The translations under genes and the position numbers were made by a program. Shown here piece after piece: positions 60,756 to 64,000 of a stretch of 64,000 nucleotides of DNA (the stretch's first letter is position 1; each line of letters starts with the position of its first letter). Source of the DNA: an uncultured Ruficoccus sp. (GTDB lineage Bacteria > Verrucomicrobiota > Verrucomicrobiia > Opitutales > Cerasicoccaceae); contig OZ223497.1 of NCBI GenBank assembly GCA_965140785.1, forward strand, positions 160,001 through 224,000, in the 5' to 3' direction. Below the pieces are notes generated by a model that searched no databases, was not told the origin of the DNA, and saw nothing but the letters and a program-made list of their open reading frames with translations.

Positions 60756-61261
60756 ATGAACTCCAACAAACGCCTCCTTCTCGGTGCGGCCTTCGCGGCT
60801 AGCCTACTCATTTTCCCGCTGGAGTTGACTGCTCAGCAGTCCTCCATCTCCAATCGTCGCGTGCTGAACTCCGGGATTCGTCCAGCACCGCCGAGGAAGC
60901 CCATGGCAATGTCGGCCTCACCCTGAAAGTTCTTCAGGACGGTAAGCCCAAGGACGTCATCGAATTCCAACTGGTAAGAACGCGTGCGGATTTTTCTGTC
61001 CAGCATGTTCGGATGATCGATGACGAACCGGCTATCCTGCAGTTTAGCGGACAGATGACCCCTCTCGATGAGCAGACCTACCGGATTGACTATCAATTGT
61101 CGCAGTCCCTGCCCTACAAGTCCGTCAATGCCGTCCAGTATCGGGATTCCGGCTGGAAGGCCACGATCGAGCTCAAAATAGGCACGCAGGAAGTGCTCAT
61201 GCGCAACGGCGAGACCACCTATGTACTCGAGCTGAGCGACGGGATCAAAGAGCAGGAGTGA
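60756..61261 (+). CDS. Hypothetical secreted protein, split by a 1-nt frameshift near 60889
   Basis: MNSNKRLLLGAAFAA signal; the alternative frame EEAHGNVGLTLKVL.. runs open into ORF 61013..61261. Confidence 0.55.
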
Positions 61262-61281
61262 CGCCAGTATCCGCCCCCCTG

Positions 61282-62400
61282 TTACGTATACTTTTTCGCG
61301 GACGCCCGGGCTTTCAGACTCGCGATAAAAGCTTCGAAGCGCTCATAGGCGTGAGCCCAGCTCAGGGATTGCACCCGCTGCCAACCAGCCTGGGCGATTT
61401 GGCGGCGCTTGGGTTCGTCTTTGAGCAGCAGGGCGATCCGCTCGGCCAGTACGCTGGGCTCTGAGTGGTCGATGAGGAGGGCTTCCGCCCCGTCCTCCAG
61501 CGAGGCCGGGAAACCCCGCCGCGTGGCGACCAGCGCGGCTCCGCAGGCCATGGCCTCGGCTGCCGCCAGCCCAAAGCTCTCGTAGCGCGAGGGCATCAGT
61601 GCGATAGACCACTGATGGTAGCGCTCGCGCAGTTCCTCCCGCGTGAGCTTGGGCAGGTGGACAAGGCGTTCGCAGAAGGCGGGCGGAAAGACCTTTTCCG
61701 GTTGCAGGCTGTCCAGAGTGCCCACGATCTCGAATTCGGCCTGGGGGAAGCGTTCGGCCAGGCGGGGGAGGGCGGTCTCCAGCGCGTCCTTGCCTTTCAG
61801 GCTCGTCCACGTGCCGCAGTAGCCGATCCGCAGCGGGCGTTCGTGTTCGATCTCCTGCCCAAGAAAGAAAACGGGCAGCGAGTTGTTGATAGCGGTCACT
61901 GCGTCGGGGCTTTGCCAACCCTTTTGCCGGACATAGTCGGCGTCGAACTCCGAGACGGTGATAACCCCGTCGGCGCAACTGAAGGCCCGCTCATAGTGCA
62001 GAAATGCGTCAAAGAGTTTGCCCAGCCGGGTACTTTCCTCCGCGCCGATGCGGCGAAGCTGCTCGGTCACATGGGGCTCGACGCCATTGGAGTGGGCGAG
62101 CAGCAGCGGGCGCTGGGCTAATTTGTGCGCGTGGGAAAAGCCCTGCCACGCCTCCGCTCCGAACGCCTGGATCAGGTCGTAGTGTCCGCTGCGGATAGCC
62201 CGCTTGAGAGCGGAGGTGTAGCCGAGCTGGAGTCGCAGCCGGTGGGCCTTGGTCAGGCCGGGCCAGCGTTGATAATCGCCGGGTGTCAGCAGGTCCACCG
62301 TGTGGCCGTGCTCGCGCAGCCGGTCCACGAATCCCTGGATCACGTACCCCGAGCCCTGGCTGGCGATGACCGGTACGTTGCTGATCGTGAAGATGTTCAT
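61282..62400 (-). CDS. Glycosyltransferase family 4
   Basis: ITVSEF, LKGKD, PSRYESFGLAAAEAMACG (EX7E); likely ATG 62400. Confidence 0.9.
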   Translation of the reverse strand: MNIFTISNVPVIASQGSGYVIQGFVDRLREHGHTVDLLTPGDYQRWPGLTKAHRLRLQLGYTSALKRAIRSGHYDLIQAFGAEAWQGFSHAHKLAQRPLLLAHSNGVEPHVTEQLRRIGAEESTRLGKLFDAFLHYERAFSCADGVITVSEFDADYVRQKGWQSPDAVTAINNSLPVFFLGQEIEHERPLRIGYCGTWTSLKGKDALETALPRLAERFPQAEFEIVGTLDSLQPEKVFPPAFCERLVHLPKLTREELRERYHQWSIALMPSRYESFGLAAAEAMACGAALVATRRGFPASLEDGAEALLIDHSEPSVLAERIALLLKDEPKRRQIAQAGWQRVQSLSWAHAYERFEAFIASLKARASAKKYT

Positions 62401-62593
62401 GGGCGGGTTGATCCGCTTTCGGGGCTTATTACACTCTCTCACAATGCTCTGCCGCCAGCCGGGTTCAGTCAAGCGCCAAGCCCGCTTGCAGGACGGACTC
62501 CCCCTGTTTTTATGCACACACCGGGGCGAATCTGCCGTTGGCGTGAGTTTAGGCTTTTCGTGGGCGGACTTTCCGCGTGGAGTGATGGGCTGC

Positions 62594-64000
62594 ATGCTAC
62601 AGGTCTCACAGCTCGGCAAAGCCTTTGCCAGTCAGGTTCTTTTTGAGGACGTGACGTTCCGCATCAACCGCGAGCACCGCGTGGCTCTCGTCGGCCCCAA
62701 CGGCGCGGGCAAGACAACACTCTTTTCCATCATCCTCGGGGAGACCGAGCCGGACGCGGGCGTGGTCGATCTCGAGCGCGGTGCGCGTATCGGCTACCTG
62801 CCGCAGGAGACCGCCCCGGAGGGCGACCAGACGGTGATCGAAATCGCTGCCGGGATCACGCCCGAGCATGCGCGGGTGCGCAAAATAATCGGGGACTGCG
62901 AGCGGTCGGGAGACACCTCCTCCAGCGCCTATGCCGATGCGGTGGCGCGCTACACCGAGCTGGGCGGCTATCAGGCCGAGCCCAAGGCCAAGCGCATCCT
63001 CGCCGGGCTGTCCTTCCGTGAGAGCGATTACGACCGGCCCGCCCGCGTGCTCAGCGGCGGCTGGGTCATGCGCGCCCACCTGGCCCGCCTGCTCACCGCC
63101 GAGCCAGACCTGCTCATGCTCGACGAGCCGACCAACCACCTCGATCTCGAGTCCCTCGGATGGTTTCAGAACTATTTAAAGAGCTACCCGGGCGCGATTT
63201 TCCTGATCTCGCACGACCGCGCCTTTCTCAACGCTCTGGTCGATCACGTGCTGGAGATTCGGCACTACCGGATCCACAGCTACCGCGGCAACTACGACGA
63301 TTACGTCGAGGAGTCCGCCGCCCGCGACGCCCAGCACATGGCCGCTTATAAAAACCAGCAGGGCAAGATCGCGCAACTCGAGCGCTTCATCGAGCGCTTC
63401 GGGGCCAAGGCGACCAAGGCCACCCAGGCCAAGTCCAAACAGAAGCAGATCGACCGCATGGACAAGATCGACGCTCCCCTGGACAAGGCCCGCCAGCTCA
63501 AGGTCAAATTCCCCGAGCCCCCGCCCAGTGGCCAGACTGCGATCACATTGGAGGACGTGCACTTCGCCTATGGCGAGCACCAGGTTTACCGGGGGATCGA
63601 CTTCCAGGCGCAGCGCGGCGAGCGGATTGTGTTGGTCGGTCCCAACGGCGCGGGCAAGTCCACGCTGCTCAAGCTCTTGGCCGGTGCCCTGACTCCGCAG
63701 TCCGGCGAATGCACGCTCGGCCACAATGCCAAGCCCGGCTACTTCTCCCAGAGCCGCCTGGATGTGCTTAACGCCGAGAACACCGTGCTGGAGGAGGTCC
63801 AGGGCATCAACCGCTCCATCAACGAGACTACCGCGCGCACTGTGCTGGGCTCGTTCCTCTTCAGCGGCGACGCGGTCTTTAAAAAGGTGGCCGTCCTCTC
63901 TGGCGGGGAAAAGTCCCGCCTCGCCCTGATCAAGCTCCTGCTCGATCCGCCCAACCTCCTGCTCATGGACGAGCCGACGACGCACCTCGATATCGCCAGT
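62594..64000 (+). CDS. ABC-F family ATP-binding protein, runs off window end
   Basis: Not in the ORF track. MLQVSQLGKAF..GPNGAGKTT, LSGGWVMR, LDEPTNHLD, ISHDR, second GPNGAGKST, LSGGEK, MDEPTTHLD; no TM segments. Confidence 0.93.
   Translation, partial: MLQVSQLGKAFASQVLFEDVTFRINREHRVALVGPNGAGKTTLFSIILGETEPDAGVVDLERGARIGYLPQETAPEGDQTVIEIAAGITPEHARVRKIIGDCERSGDTSSSAYADAVARYTELGGYQAEPKAKRILAGLSFRESDYDRPARVLSGGWVMRAHLARLLTAEPDLLMLDEPTNHLDLESLGWFQNYLKSYPGAIFLISHDRAFLNALVDHVLEIRHYRIHSYRGNYDDYVEESAARDAQHMAAYKNQQGKIAQLERFIERFGAKATKATQAKSKQKQIDRMDKIDAPLDKARQLKVKFPEPPPSGQTAITLEDVHFAYGEHQVYRGIDFQAQRGERIVLVGPNGAGKSTLLKLLAGALTPQSGECTLGHNAKPGYFSQSRLDVLNAENTVLEEVQGINRSINETTARTVLGSFLFSGDAVFKKVAVLSGGEKSRLALIKLLLDPPNLLLMDEPTTHLDIAS

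Overview
A 64-kb GC-rich bacterial window. Four PEP-CTERM proteins, a prepilin/H-X9-DG protein, a large PilX-like protein and long LacI regulators suggest Verrucomicrobiota (Opitutae-like); this taxonomy is inference. Most of the window is polysaccharide-degradation genes. Two LacI-associated loci (about 5.7-18.5 kb and 42-56 kb) each carry their own palindromic operator candidate in four intergenic copies, and each combines glycosidases/esterases with PEP-CTERM and pilin-like genes but no SusC/D. Other content: a C30 carotenoid cluster without crtM (crtN-crtO-crtQ-crtP-like plus divergent aldH), dinB, a DUF3142 + TPR-like pair, cvfB-like, GT4 and ABC-F genes, a decayed segment (25-32 kb) with a MITE and a possible att scar, and IS remnants. 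The most unusual signals are: (i) 23-44 nt GCGNAGC mini-hairpin inserts interrupting a DDE transposase at four sites, with a second copy deleted exactly between two related inserts; (ii) a ~170-200 aa domain present three times in an SGNH esterase and once as the adjacent PEP-CTERM protein; (iii) a five-hairpin leader upstream of a hypothetical gene. Several single-base frameshifts may be assembly errors. No CRISPR array, rRNA or complete tRNA was seen. All family calls come from motif recognition, not database searches.
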